DNA from: Trichoplax adhaerens
Taxonomy: Eukaryota > Animalia > Placozoa
Direction of reading: 5' to 3'
NCBI RefSeq assembly: GCF_000150275.1
Contig: NW_002060944.1
Span: 6,485,102 to 6,549,101 of the forward strand
DNA: 64,000 bases
Made by a program: the position numbers and the translations under genes. Below are positions 39,434 to 51,043 of the stretch, piece by piece. The notes beneath the pieces were generated by a model. The model saw only the letters and a list, made by a program, of their open reading frames with translations. It had not been told where the DNA came from and did no database searches. The first letter of the stretch is position 1; every line of letters begins with the position of its first letter.

Positions 39434-39835
39434 TACAGTACTGTATTCTCTCACAGCATGGCCGTCGCCATGATGTCAATCGACGAGCAAGGGGCGTCAC
39501 CTATTACACGTGTGGTGCCATAGTGATTGACTGCAAACTGTGAAAGTGATGTCACCCATGTCAACACCACTACAGTAATACTATGACAAAATGACGTCAA
39601 CAAAGACGATTGCATACACACGTGTTACAACCGTACATTGGTATCGACTCATCTCCACGGGTGACATCCTTTTTGCTACAGTACACCCTAGCCCTTGCCC
39701 TAGCCCTAACCCTAAGCCTAACTTGAACCCTAGCAGTACAGTACTACGCATGTACAGTACAGTACAGTGTATTGTATCCTACTGATTCATGGTCCAGTAC
39801 TGTACGGTACTGTAAATCTGCAACGCTGTACTGTA
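39434..39835. promoter_or_regulatory. Bidirectional promoter region between USP36 (-) and MED11 (+)
   Basis: Head-to-head genes. Contains about 10 TACWGTA, two CACGTG E-boxes (39507, 39619), a perfect CRE TGACGTCA (39592), TGATGTCA copies (39471, 39547) and a telomere-like tract. Confidence 0.65.
39685..39733. repeat. Degenerate telomeric (CCCTAA)n-like tract; G-quadruplex motif on the minus strand
   Basis: accctagcccttgccctagccctaaccctaagcctaacttgaaccctag; five CCC tracts at a 6-nt period (39686-39712). Confidence 0.8.
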
Positions 39836-39860
39836 GCGATCTCCAAGTGGAAGAAAAACA

Positions 39861-41158
39861 ATGGCGACTGCTACTGTCGAAAGCAGAATCGATGAATTAG
39901 ATAAAACGAGAAAGGTTAGGCGATAAATCTATTTACCAAATTGCTCACATAATATTCATAAGCATGAACTAAGACTCAACAGTAAATAATACTTATCAAA
40001 ATAATGAACATGATGGGATGATCAATTCATGACGAGATTGAAAAAATTCTGCAATTAAGATGAGCTAAGGAATATCCATAGTAACTCAGCAGGCCATCCT
40101 AAGTTATAACCATGATCAAGAATAAATGATCATCGTCTACTGCAACTTGGATTGCCTTTTCATGGGCGTTATGGTAGCTCATAAACTGATAATACTGTCA
40201 CAATTTAGATTCATTTAACGCCATGTGCTATTGTTCTATTTTTAATAGCTTCAGTGGCAGAGCTATCCAATGAGTGTACTGGACGACTATTCCTATTTCT
40301 ATTCACAGTTATAGGGGAATGCTCATACAGCTAGTAAAATGGACCTCCAAATACTCTACATTGCATAGTTTATAAGACCATTTCATACGTAGATAGGCTA
40401 TTTCATAAAATAGATAGCATCATATTAATATCATACTGATAGAGCTAATATGAATTCAACCAGCTAAAATAGCTTTATATCATTTTCAAATTAATTCATT
40501 CTTAAATATTCGCATTACAGAAAGTACTCAATGTCGTCGAAATTGCTGATCAAATCTTGAAAGAACTATCAAACGATCATCCGTCCACCCAATCTGTTAA
40601 AAGTTCTACAACTACATTTGCGTCCCTACTGGAAAGCATCGAGCGTGAACTAACCCAACATATTAATCATTTACTCTCAGTAACGAAGGAACAACAACAA
40701 GAACAAGTAACTTATACTCAGGAAAAGGTAACGATGTAGAAATAATATACCACCGTATACACGCGTATTGCCTGTCGTAGATTTTACGTTATTATATTTT
40801 GCTCGTGGTTACTGTACATCAGTATCTCTGAAATTATTCAGCTTATTATAACATTTATCTATACTTGCCTATATCAATTTAATAGTACTCTAGTCGCTAA
40901 ACAGTAATCCGACTGCGTAGAAGAAGTAAATGAATGTATTTCGCTGTAGGGTAGTTGAACGTCTGTATTTTGAAGCAGCATAATCGAAGATAAAATTCGA
41001 AACTGTTACTAAAGAATCAAATTTTTATACAGGATTGTGAATTGGCATTAATGAGAGTAAGTCAAATAAAAAAAATGGTTGAAAAGGCTATTGAATTGCA
41101 CCGGTCTCCAGTTGCAAGTACCCAACACGGTGATATTGAACCTATGGACGAATCTTAA
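39861..41158 (+). CDS. MED11: Mediator complex subunit 11 (128 aa, 3 exons)
   Basis: Exons 39861-39914, 40521-40727 and 41033-41158. RIDELDKTRKKVLNVVEIADQILKELS...FASLLESIERELTQHINHLLSV...YTQEKDCELALMRV parallels MED11 (ILELSK...VEAELSAQIRYLTQV...YSSRKDCQMALKRV). Confidence 0.88.
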
Positions 41159-42253
41159 ATATTCCATTCCAAACGACGAAATAGCCTTTTCTACGGAATA
41201 CGAGATAGCGGGTCTTATCTATCCTAAAGCTTGTACTTAATTTTTAATATATGATTTAACTTATATAAGAAATAGTCGATTAAAGCAATGTTATGATCCT
41301 CTTACTATTCGCTATCTTGCTTTAAGTAATATTGTACTTTTTCGAATTTCGAAGCAGTGTAAAAGCTCGATGTAAAATTTAGCAGCTGACGCTACCAACT
41401 GGATGTTGTTTCCGATACCCTACTAACTTTGCTGGTGCTTCATTAATGAAGTATGGATAATAATTGTAATATATTTTATCAGAAGAAATTCGCATTAACA
41501 GCAACAAAGATTAGAATTCGGTCGTATAGATGGATTTATTTTTAATGTTTTTTTTCCTTAACATTTAATTGCATTGTCCTTCATAGCTATCATCTATAAA
41601 GCTAATGTTATTTTAGCGTTTTCGGTAAAAATATCTAGCTTGATAACTTTCTATCGCATCATGATACTAAATGTATTGTATGAATGCCTACGCGAAAGTC
41701 TGCGCTTACGTAGTTTACAGATAGTGCTTAAAAGCACATCATTTTCTATTGTACAACTAATACTCTAGACACTGTCCTTTCACATAGAATCTTAAAATAC
41801 TTTGAAAATACGTAACTGTTTACCAAATCTGGCTGAAATGATCCCTTATTTTGGTATGCATTGTAAATAAATGTAAAGATAATTTATATGGCGATTCCAT
41901 CACATTGCCAGCGTCGCACACTTAGCCTGTAACATATGCAATATTTGTTACATCATCACTGAAGCATTATGATACGGCCAGCGCTAATTTAGACATACTG
42001 AACACAATAATAAATTTGCTGTTCCAATCGAAAACATAAAACAATCTTGTACTAAATTTGTCTTCAAATTGATTATTCTAAGTATCTAATACCAAAATAC
42101 AAGAAGGAATACTGATTCCTTATCATAATCAAGGTAGCTTTCTTTCTTGATTGAACGATTTAGCATAGAGCTGCCCTAATAATTTAATTAGGGAATAAAA
42201 TTCTGTTAACTACTATATCGAAAGAATTACAAAAAAACGATTTTTTTTCAATC

Positions 42254-45200
42254 TTAATGCGGAGAACTAGGCGGAGAGTTTGCATTATTCTGTGAAACCA
42301 TATTGCCAACAATTGGAATCATTTTTTCCCATGCAGCCAATTTCTAGTAAGGAAGGAATATTTTTAACCTTTTCAATCACTGATAATCCTACAAGGCTAA
42401 ATCAACATTGTTAATACCTCTTTATGATTCTTAATTTGTTGACTGATAAGTTCCTGAAATGATAGTGCAAATAGCTCCATATTGGCATGGACAAGCTGAG
42501 TTTCCATATGGACACAGTGAAGTGAATAGTAATTTCGAAATTCCATATTTGAAATTTCACTTTCTTGCTGTTAATGTGATAAAAAGGTAAATAACTGCTA
42601 TAATTTAATTAATCAATGCACAATTGATGTGCTATTTGATAGAAATAAGTGTATACCTCGATAATACGCGATTCTAATTGATCTACGGTATTTCCCTGTT
42701 TCATATGAAGTAGAAGACCAACAGATTAGAAACATTATAGACTCTCCTTTGTACACTTTCGAATTATTACTAATGTAGCTGAAAAGTATATAATAATCAT
42801 CCCTTACAGCTTCGTGTCCCTTAGCTTGAGCTGAAATTTGCCTTTTTTTCATTGAAGACATCTTCTGTAAAGCAGATTGATGATCTTTTATTACACCTTT
42901 CTCATGGCGATCACATAGATCCTATAAAATTGATTAACAACAACAATGTTAACAAAAGATATAACAACGAAATTACTTCTACTGAACTATACTAATGGCA
43001 TACTTTATATGAAGTTAAAATGTCCATAAATTGGTTAAAGATTTCGAATGATCCGTCTTCAGCCCCTTGAATCTTTAGTTAAGAATTATATTAGCGTTTT
43101 GGAACAAACTCGTGATGAGTTGAAGCATATATAGAATATAAATGGGCATAACATTTGTGTTTATGTCCAATGAAAGAAATAATTATCGCTTCATAGGTAA
43201 GGAATTACTATGTTATTTCTCACTTGATTTATTCCTATATCCGCTACTTCGTTAAAGTAGCCTGTTAAAGATTTGAAGACGCCTTTTAATTGATTCCAAG
43301 TGTGGCTATTACCACAAGCCCAAGCAGAGCTAGCGTGAGACTCGTTAGCTAAATTGCTGAAATAAAAGCATATCAATTACTTAATGTATTATCATAATTA
43401 CAAAATTAACAGATATGTTCAATAGAAATAATCTACAACAATTGTGGATTGTACGGGCATACGTCATACCTCAATTCGCTACCGAATTGCTGCCAATCTC
43501 GAGCATCCACTACAAGCGGAAGAATACGTGTATAATTCATGGTTAATACTTGGATTTAACACAATATTCTTATAAAGGATAATAATCAAACATTAAATTC
43601 AAGTAACAAAAAATCATTCCTCTACAAGAATTCAATCACTTCTAATAAAGTAGGGCTATAAATCTACAGTCAAGTCATGATATCGCAATGATCTACCAGC
43701 AACTATGTTATAACAATTTTTAAATCACCTCCTGATCTTGTTATGATGTTTTCTATTATTTCTCTTAACTTTGATACACTACCAAGGACATTACGAAGTA
43801 GTTCCTTACTTTCATTGAAACTAACTTGCGTATCTATTGGAACGAGATCCTAGACAGACAATCAAAATTAGTTCAAGTTCAATAGCAATACAGAAGATGG
43901 TGAAAACATTGTAAATGCAAACCTTTGCTTTGCCGGCAAGAGGGCTTGTAACAAATTCATCCGGTAAATTTCGAAATTTATCCTTCATTTTATTTTGAAA
44001 ATCCTTCAATTTACGAACAATTAAGAAAGTAGAGCCGTATCAGACAAATTTTATCTTTTATATAGAGTTCAAAAGGAGCAATACAATAAGAAAATGCCAT
44101 GATATAATTAGTTAATTATCGTAGACTTCTACTTACAGAAACGCCAGCCGTTAAAAAGTAGACTACAATTTCTGAGTCATGTACCACAGGGTGTCGACAA
44201 ATCAATGATAAATATCGACGTAATGCGCGACAACGTGCTTCCAGAAACTCTCGTGTAGCTAGCAGATGAAATATTACACAATTATAGAGATATATACAAC
44301 AGAGAGTAAAAAGAAAGGTGGAATTTAGACATTAATATCTCTATAATACTCTACCAGCTAATTTCTTAGGTGGCAGGCGTGGAATTGCTCGATAAGGGAA
44401 CCTCTGTAGCAAAACTTCATGTAGCGCACAGAAATCGCTGTAACGTCGGCAAACCGTCGATTTTGTTCTCTAATCAAAGTAAGGATATTCGTTAGGATTA
44501 CAATAATAATAATTACATTTGCCCTGCATTTCAAAGAATATTCGAATACAAGCGGTAACTAGATAATGAACGATAAGAGTTATATCGGTTAGCACTACAA
44601 CAATTATAACAGCTTGATGGCAAACAGTGCCTGTAATATCCGTTTTTGTAGCATACAGTAATCTAGTTCCACGAAATAATCAACAGAATCATTGAAATCA
44701 TATCTTAACAGAGCAATATCTTGTGACTCATCTTATTGTCTTCTTACGAAATTTTCAATCGAACGATACAAACCTCATTGTATACTGTGTATTCCACATG
44801 CTTCAGAAACAATCCTTTCTTTTCAGGAACTATTTCTACATTAACACTATTCAAATCTTCTAATTCTCTGTATGTGTAGTTTAATAAGGTAGGAGTCTTT
44901 TCCCTTTGCAAACGTAGATTTAAAAGCTTCAAGTCTGATAAATCACCAAGGGAAGGTGTGGGATAATCTGTTGAAATAACACTTGATTAAACGCTAAGAT
45001 TATATTACAGTCCAATAAATCAAAGTATTAATCTCTAAAAATGTAAAATTCTACTTCATTTTTTAATAATACTTTTTATTCGCTCGAGCATATTTAAGTA
45101 CTGCCTAAAATTTCAATTTTGTTTAATATTGTGATAAGGCTGTTCTTTTTAGGGTGTACTAAGAAAGTAAGAATTTAATATAGTATAATACCTAATAGAG

Positions 45201-48200
45201 CTTGTTAGCTTGTAGAAATGGTGTTTTTATAATTTAATTATTCAGCAAGATTTATCTTGCTATCGGCAATCATGTAACGCATATTAGGACAATATACATT
45301 ATACTGTATAGCAAGACATAGCTTGATATTGTCAGCGATGCAATGTCTACTAGGACAATATACATTTTACAGCAAGACTTCTCTCGATATCGTCAGCCAT
45401 GTAATACATATTAGGACAATATGCATCATATAGCCAGACTTATCTTGATATTATTAGCCTTGCAACGTATACCAGAACAGCATACAATACGTAGCAAGAT
45501 TTATTTTGACATAGTCAGTCATGCGACGCATATTAGGACAATGTGTGTATATAGTAGTATTTATTACTGAGACGATTGCAGCCTGGCCTATCTATTGCCT
45601 TGTTGTATTTTTGCTTTATCATCTATATTCGTTGGTGTTAACAGGCGCAAGGGCAATAAGGTGTTAAAAGCCGATTCACTCATACTTCTCAATTTGTAAT
45701 ACTCACCAGCTGAATCGATGGCGTCTAGAGCTTCTAAATTATACGTCTTCCCTTGTTGCGCCAAAGCAGCCAAGGCTAATGCCTTATACAATTTTTCACG
45801 ACTAATATCATCGTCTTTCCTTACGCCCAAACATTCATAAATCTAAGAGTACATATATATAATGGATACCGATATTAAAATTTACTGTTAATACCATCGA
45901 TCCTGATAATTTATAGAATCAACATTTAAAAGTCGATTTTGGGATTAGCAATTCATCATCAATAGTAATTAAAACAGTCCATCTTAAAATGTGATTAAAT
46001 CGATCAAAAAATGTAATAAGGAGCTTCGTCCATAGTACGCGTATAGTATTTTAATAACGTCCGTTCAACATTAAATCAACAGATATTGATTCGAGTCCAT
46101 GTATTGTAAAAGTACTCTACCTCAATCAGGACTGAAAATAATGATTCATTGCTATAGTAATTTTGTTATAATTTATCTTACTGACGATTTGCAGCTTTGT
46201 TGTTGTAATAATTTAATTTAGTATTTACATTGCTATAGTAATTTTGCTATCCTCTACAAAACTCCTGATAATATGTTATACGCATACACTATACAGTAAA
46301 CGATACGTCTATACAGTATGTTATATATAGGTTATATACTCATAGTATTACAATAGTGTCCAGTCCCGTAATATTATTACGTAATCACTTTTCGGTATTC
46401 AAGGTTTACTATACTGTACGAGTATATAGTGCATAGATACAGTGTATAGTATAGTGTACATGTGCTATACTGTACTGTGTATAACTCGTACATCATACCG
46501 TACATTAGGTCAATTAACGCTGGAAAGGAATCAACAATTTTTTTCAATTTCATTTTAATTTTATATCCGCATTAGTTATTAAATGACTCTAGTTCCTAAA
46601 TACTGCATTCATGAGTCATTTAGAGATATTAAGGTTCACTAATGACTAGCGTAATCTACTGTAATCTAATTACTGTAACATTACATTTTGTGCATGCTCA
46701 GTCAGTTGATTGCGGATTCTAAAAACTTCCCAATTCCTTCCTATTTTACAGTTAATAATTACTAACTCGTGGACAAACGTAAAGTAAGAGAGTCTAAGTA
46801 GGGATTTAAGTGTTAACTACATTGCAGATATATAAGACTAACAATACAGAAAGATACCATCATACATGCAGAAAATAGCCTCTTTGTTACTTTATAGAAG
46901 AACGTTCAACACCCAAATTTTATCGTATTGATGTTGGCACTTGTCATTCAGCCTCTAGTGTAAATACTGTATATCATATTTTATCCCAACAGGGAGGGAT
47001 ACTATCTTACCTACGCTATCGTAGTGGTATAATAATTAGAATCGTTGATTATCATAAATGTCTGTGTATAATCACCAAGTTCAACCTGATCTGCAACACT
47101 CGTTGTACTGTGCAACACTTGTCAGTATAAGTATATGCTGTCGTAGACAATTTACAATAAAAAAGCATGACATCCAAATGATGATAGAGTTTGTAACCCA
47201 TTTCAATAAGCTTATTTAAAGCCCTAAGAATAATTAAATTGGGAATTTTAAAATCATATACTGTGTTATTAATTATTTCCCATCTAGCACAACGCCCTAA
47301 ATGCAGTACTAATCTTGTCAATGATGTATATCATTGACAAGCTTTAAAAGTGTTGCTTTTACCATTATTTAAAAAAACGTCATCATTCGCTATTTCACCT
47401 ATTGATGCAATATTATACAGCCATTAGCTCTAGCCAAGTCATAAAGAGCTGGTTGATTTTTCACTACTGTACGTATGATTGCGGTAAATATTAGCATTGA
47501 TATCTTTACTCTGTCATTAGAGATTTTTATGAACAGAATCAAAGTTAACCAACCCTATATAGCGCAGTGGTCTGATAGCCTAGGTGTTACATTCTCTAAA
47601 TTTAGAAACAACAATACTATAATCGCAATTTCCCTTGATAAGATTACCTTCGACAGCCACAGTCAAGCTAGACATGCGATAACAAGACCATAAAAATAAT
47701 AATAACGTTTGTGATCGCTTACCTACAGGGACTTTTCGATTTTTTTATCCAGGGTAAAAAACCGACAAGTCGCTGTCACCTATAAAGCAAAGCATCACTC
47801 AACTAATTATTTTATTGATGGATATGAAAATTAACCATTACTAGGCGATCATGTTGATATATGGCACCTAAAGTACATTTATGCGTGCGTCTGAGCTACA
47901 CCCTCTAATGAACTAATTAATTATTCTGACTACAACCGTAAATGGTTTAAAACAGTTGTAGTATCTGTTTCCGTGTGCAATACACACGAATAGCAAGCGC
48001 TGTGAAGGAGGAATTACTTCCATCATTTCTACAACCGTCGTATTTAAAGTATCGTTCATCAAAACGCGCAAGTTATATCGGCGTGATAAAATTAATAACT
48101 GTATCAAATCTGTACATCGTAAAGCTTGCGAAAGGCATAAACACAATTGATAGAGGGTAAAATAGTTGAAGAGCTATCTTTAGGGGTTGAAACAGAGTAA

Positions 48201-48794
48201 AACAGCCTGGGTCAATTTCAATCGTTGACAGTGAAGATGAATATGGATAAATAAGGATAAAAAATGAAACTAGTATCAATGACTTGATCCCATGAGATCA
48301 ATATTTTCGATCATTTATTATTTTATTCTACTGTACTAGCAGTTTCATATTTGATCGTGATCGATTCTAATTACCACTAAGATTGCAGATAATTGACCGC
48401 TATTAGCTGTGGAAATGTTGGATTGATTTAAAATAAAATACGACGCTTCTATAGAAAGAGCTCTACAAGACTTTCCCTATCATTACTTACGGCGGATAGC
48501 GTTTGCTTGGGTAAGCTTGATTTCATGAGTACTTTAACGAAGACATCCTTATCTACTTTGCCAGATCCGCGCTGACAAGTTTGCTGGTAAACTTCACGAT
48601 AAAATGATGGCACCGTATCTACCAATGGTGTATCACACATCATATACAAAAGATAATAAATCATTAGAACATTTCTAGCCTCATCTCATGATAACTACTG
48701 CTAGCATAAACAGGAAGAGGGATTGGAATAGCCTACAAAAAGATCTAAAAACAGAAAAAAATTACAATAACTAACTTGCATTAAAACCAGCCAT
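42254..48794 (-). CDS. SNX8: Sorting nexin 8 / Mvp1 (N-terminal EH-like domain, PX, BAR), about 14-15 exons
   Basis: First exons 48776-48794, 48491-48618 and 45707-45842. PX signature VEIVPEKKGLFLKHVEY...RRYSDFCALHEVLLQRFPYRAIPRLPPKK, then EFLEARCRALRRYL..CRHP. BAR exons with DLCDRHEKGVIKDHQSALQKM and RNYYSLHCVHMETQLVHAN. Stop at 42254-42256. Confidence 0.95.
45245..45553. repeat. Minisatellite, 5 diverged copies of about 61 bp, in an SNX8 intron
   Basis: Units start gc(a/c)aga at 45245, 45311, 45372, 45433 and 45494; consensus about gcaagacttatcttgatatcgtcagccatgcaacgcatattaggacaatatacat. Confidence 0.9.
47724..47776. repeat. Imperfect palindrome starting TA|CAGGG (collapsed MITE-like remnant)
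   Basis: acagggacttttcgatttttttatc (47725-47749) vs ggtaaaaaaccgacaagtcgctgt (47753-47776): about 24-bp arms, 4 mismatches, 3-nt loop. Confidence 0.6.
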
Positions 48795-48898
48795 GTTTTG
48801 ATAATATGCTAAATGCAAAGTGTTAATGCTCTTCTGATCATTGGCTTCTCAGCCCTTCATACTATTACTGTCTTGGCTAGAGTGCCTAGTATGTTGCA

Positions 48899-49030
48899 TA
48901 CAGTGTATTGTACTGTACACTGTGTACTGTCTTCTTTTGGCCTGTACTGTACTGTACAGTACTAAGTCAACTACAGTTAGTAGTGATTAAGTTGTCTTAC
49001 ACTAACTCCTCTAACTACTGTACAGTATAG
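48899..49030. promoter_or_regulatory. TACWGTA motif cluster at the SNX8 5' end (divergent from C22orf23/EVG1)
   Basis: Chain TACTGTACTGTACAGTA at 48945-48961, TACTGTACAGTA at about 49016-49027 and others, about 100-230 bp upstream of the SNX8 ATG. Confidence 0.6.
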
Positions 49031-51043
49031 CCGATATCTGCAGGACGGATCCTGGACATAGACGTTTTCAAAAAGTATAAATCGTAGTTAAGTACAGGAT
49101 TGTGTGGTAATTGTGTCTTCCAGCTTCTTATTATTATAAAACAGTAAAAATAAGATCTCTAACGGTTACAGTAGAGTGGACTTTGCTCATTGGAGCTTTC
49201 TACCTTGAAGGTTTTGCTCATCTACTGCAGCGTATACCCATCTGGAATAGTGTGCTGGCCTCATAGGTGTAACTGTATCTTGTTGGCGAATCAGAATTCC
49301 TTTCTTGTTTTGTTGAAAAATTATAATGATAGCAATCGTCAACAGAATCGCTACTGTAGTACAGCACCAACTGTAGTAGGTTACTAATGATCCAGTTCAT
49401 GATATACTCGTCTATGAAGATATAGAGCGTCTTATCCGAAGCTACTTCACCATTTGAACTTACAGTACTGTAAATCGAGTTTGGAGTTTATCCATGTTAC
49501 AGTGTTAAATTCTGTATTACAGTAGAAATAACTATGTTAGGATAATTCTGTTAGACTATCCTTATTTAGTTAACTTCTAATTTGGATATACTGTGTTTTA
49601 ATATAGCACCGACTCTTTATGACAGTGACACTTATACACATACTGAAATTAATAGTTATAATAGGGAATGCAAATCATCTGCTTACAGTTCGAATCATTG
49701 TGATTGTAATTTATTTATGGTAGACTGTAAATTATCATGGAAATATTCCGTGATAGGACATATCGCAATCTGACTATTCTGTATTAGTCATTATATGTCT
49801 ATGTTCGTAAATACTGTTGTCTACATTAAGGGAGCAGTAGCTAAAATTAATATCTAATTCAGTAAATGATTCCGAGGTTAATCGTACTAACTATGACTCA
49901 TGAACTATTAAGGAATAGAATATAAATGCAGTATATCGTGAAATAAAGAGAATTCTCCAACTTAGTGTTTAACGTAAAATACGAGGCGTTTAAGTCTTTG
50001 TGTAGTCTGCTAGTAGAGCAAAAGTGTTTGTGATAGTGCAGATATCGTTCCTTGATACGTGGTTCAAGGAATTGACTTATTGATCGTATATTGCGGTATC
50101 TTGTTGCAAAGCTGTTTTGTGACAATCCATTAAATCAATAGGTTAACTACCCTAATAATCTACTGGTGTGTGACATCAAACAATGTCATCTTCATTCAGC
50201 AAGTTATTAAGTAGCTTTTGATTACGTGATCACTTATTGACTGCGCTATACTGAGAGTATGCTGTCCATTATTTATTTACTTTACTTTATTGATAATATT
50301 TATGATTCATCCTCTAGATTGATGTTTGGTATATCAATTCGATGGATACGTACAGCATACGACAGTACAGCTATAGCAACATAATACTATCATCAGTGGA
50401 ATACTTCACGGCACCTAAAAAAAGTATCTAAAGTCCCATCGAAATCTAAAGATGATTTTCACCATGGGCACATAAACAGTTGTTAGTTTATACTATCGAT
50501 GTTTTTACTCGTTTTAATCAATTAATTATTTATTAATATTATTCATGTCAATGCTACATTGCACGCATGCCTACAGTACAAATGATTGGAGGTCCCTCCC
50601 AGTTTGTTGTCAACGTTTCTTAGATACCGAACAACAGTTCAAGTCCTGTATCAGGCTGGCCAAACTAGAGTATAAGAATAAGGAATTTACCCAAAGCGGG
50701 ATCACAACTTGCTATTTATACCCTATAAATTATCATCGAATCGATAAATACTCGTACTTATCCATTAGTTTACACATAGAACAGTTGTGTGATACAATAC
50801 ATCAGAGCAATTTTACTTCGCTATATAGTTCATCAGCGTACTTTAAAATTATCGGATAATATTAGGAAACTCTTATAATCTATTTGTTTTGAATTGGTAC
50901 TAGGATAAATTCATCGATTGAAAAGCTTGTATTAGCTGTCGATCTAGTTGCAATTAATCCATTAAGCAGGAAGGTACTTTCCGCACTACTGCATTAGAAA
51001 GATCTTGTTCAATTCTCATATACTATTAAGATATTAGTAAAGG

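Noticed and set aside
45245-45553. Regularly spaced 61-bp units as a CRISPR-like array
   Set aside because: Whole units are homologous (no unique spacers), it lies in a spliceosomal intron and there are no cas genes; it is a minisatellite.
48737-48744. 8-nt micro-exon in SNX8 intron 1
   Set aside because: It would need a 31-nt upstream intron and break the frame; exon 1 joins exon 2 in frame without it.
49190-50859. Short ORFs between SNX8 and C22orf23 (including the 104-aa ORF at 50545-50859)
   Set aside because: No recognisable motif or consistent exon chain; probably UTR or intron of C22orf23, though a small gene cannot be excluded.
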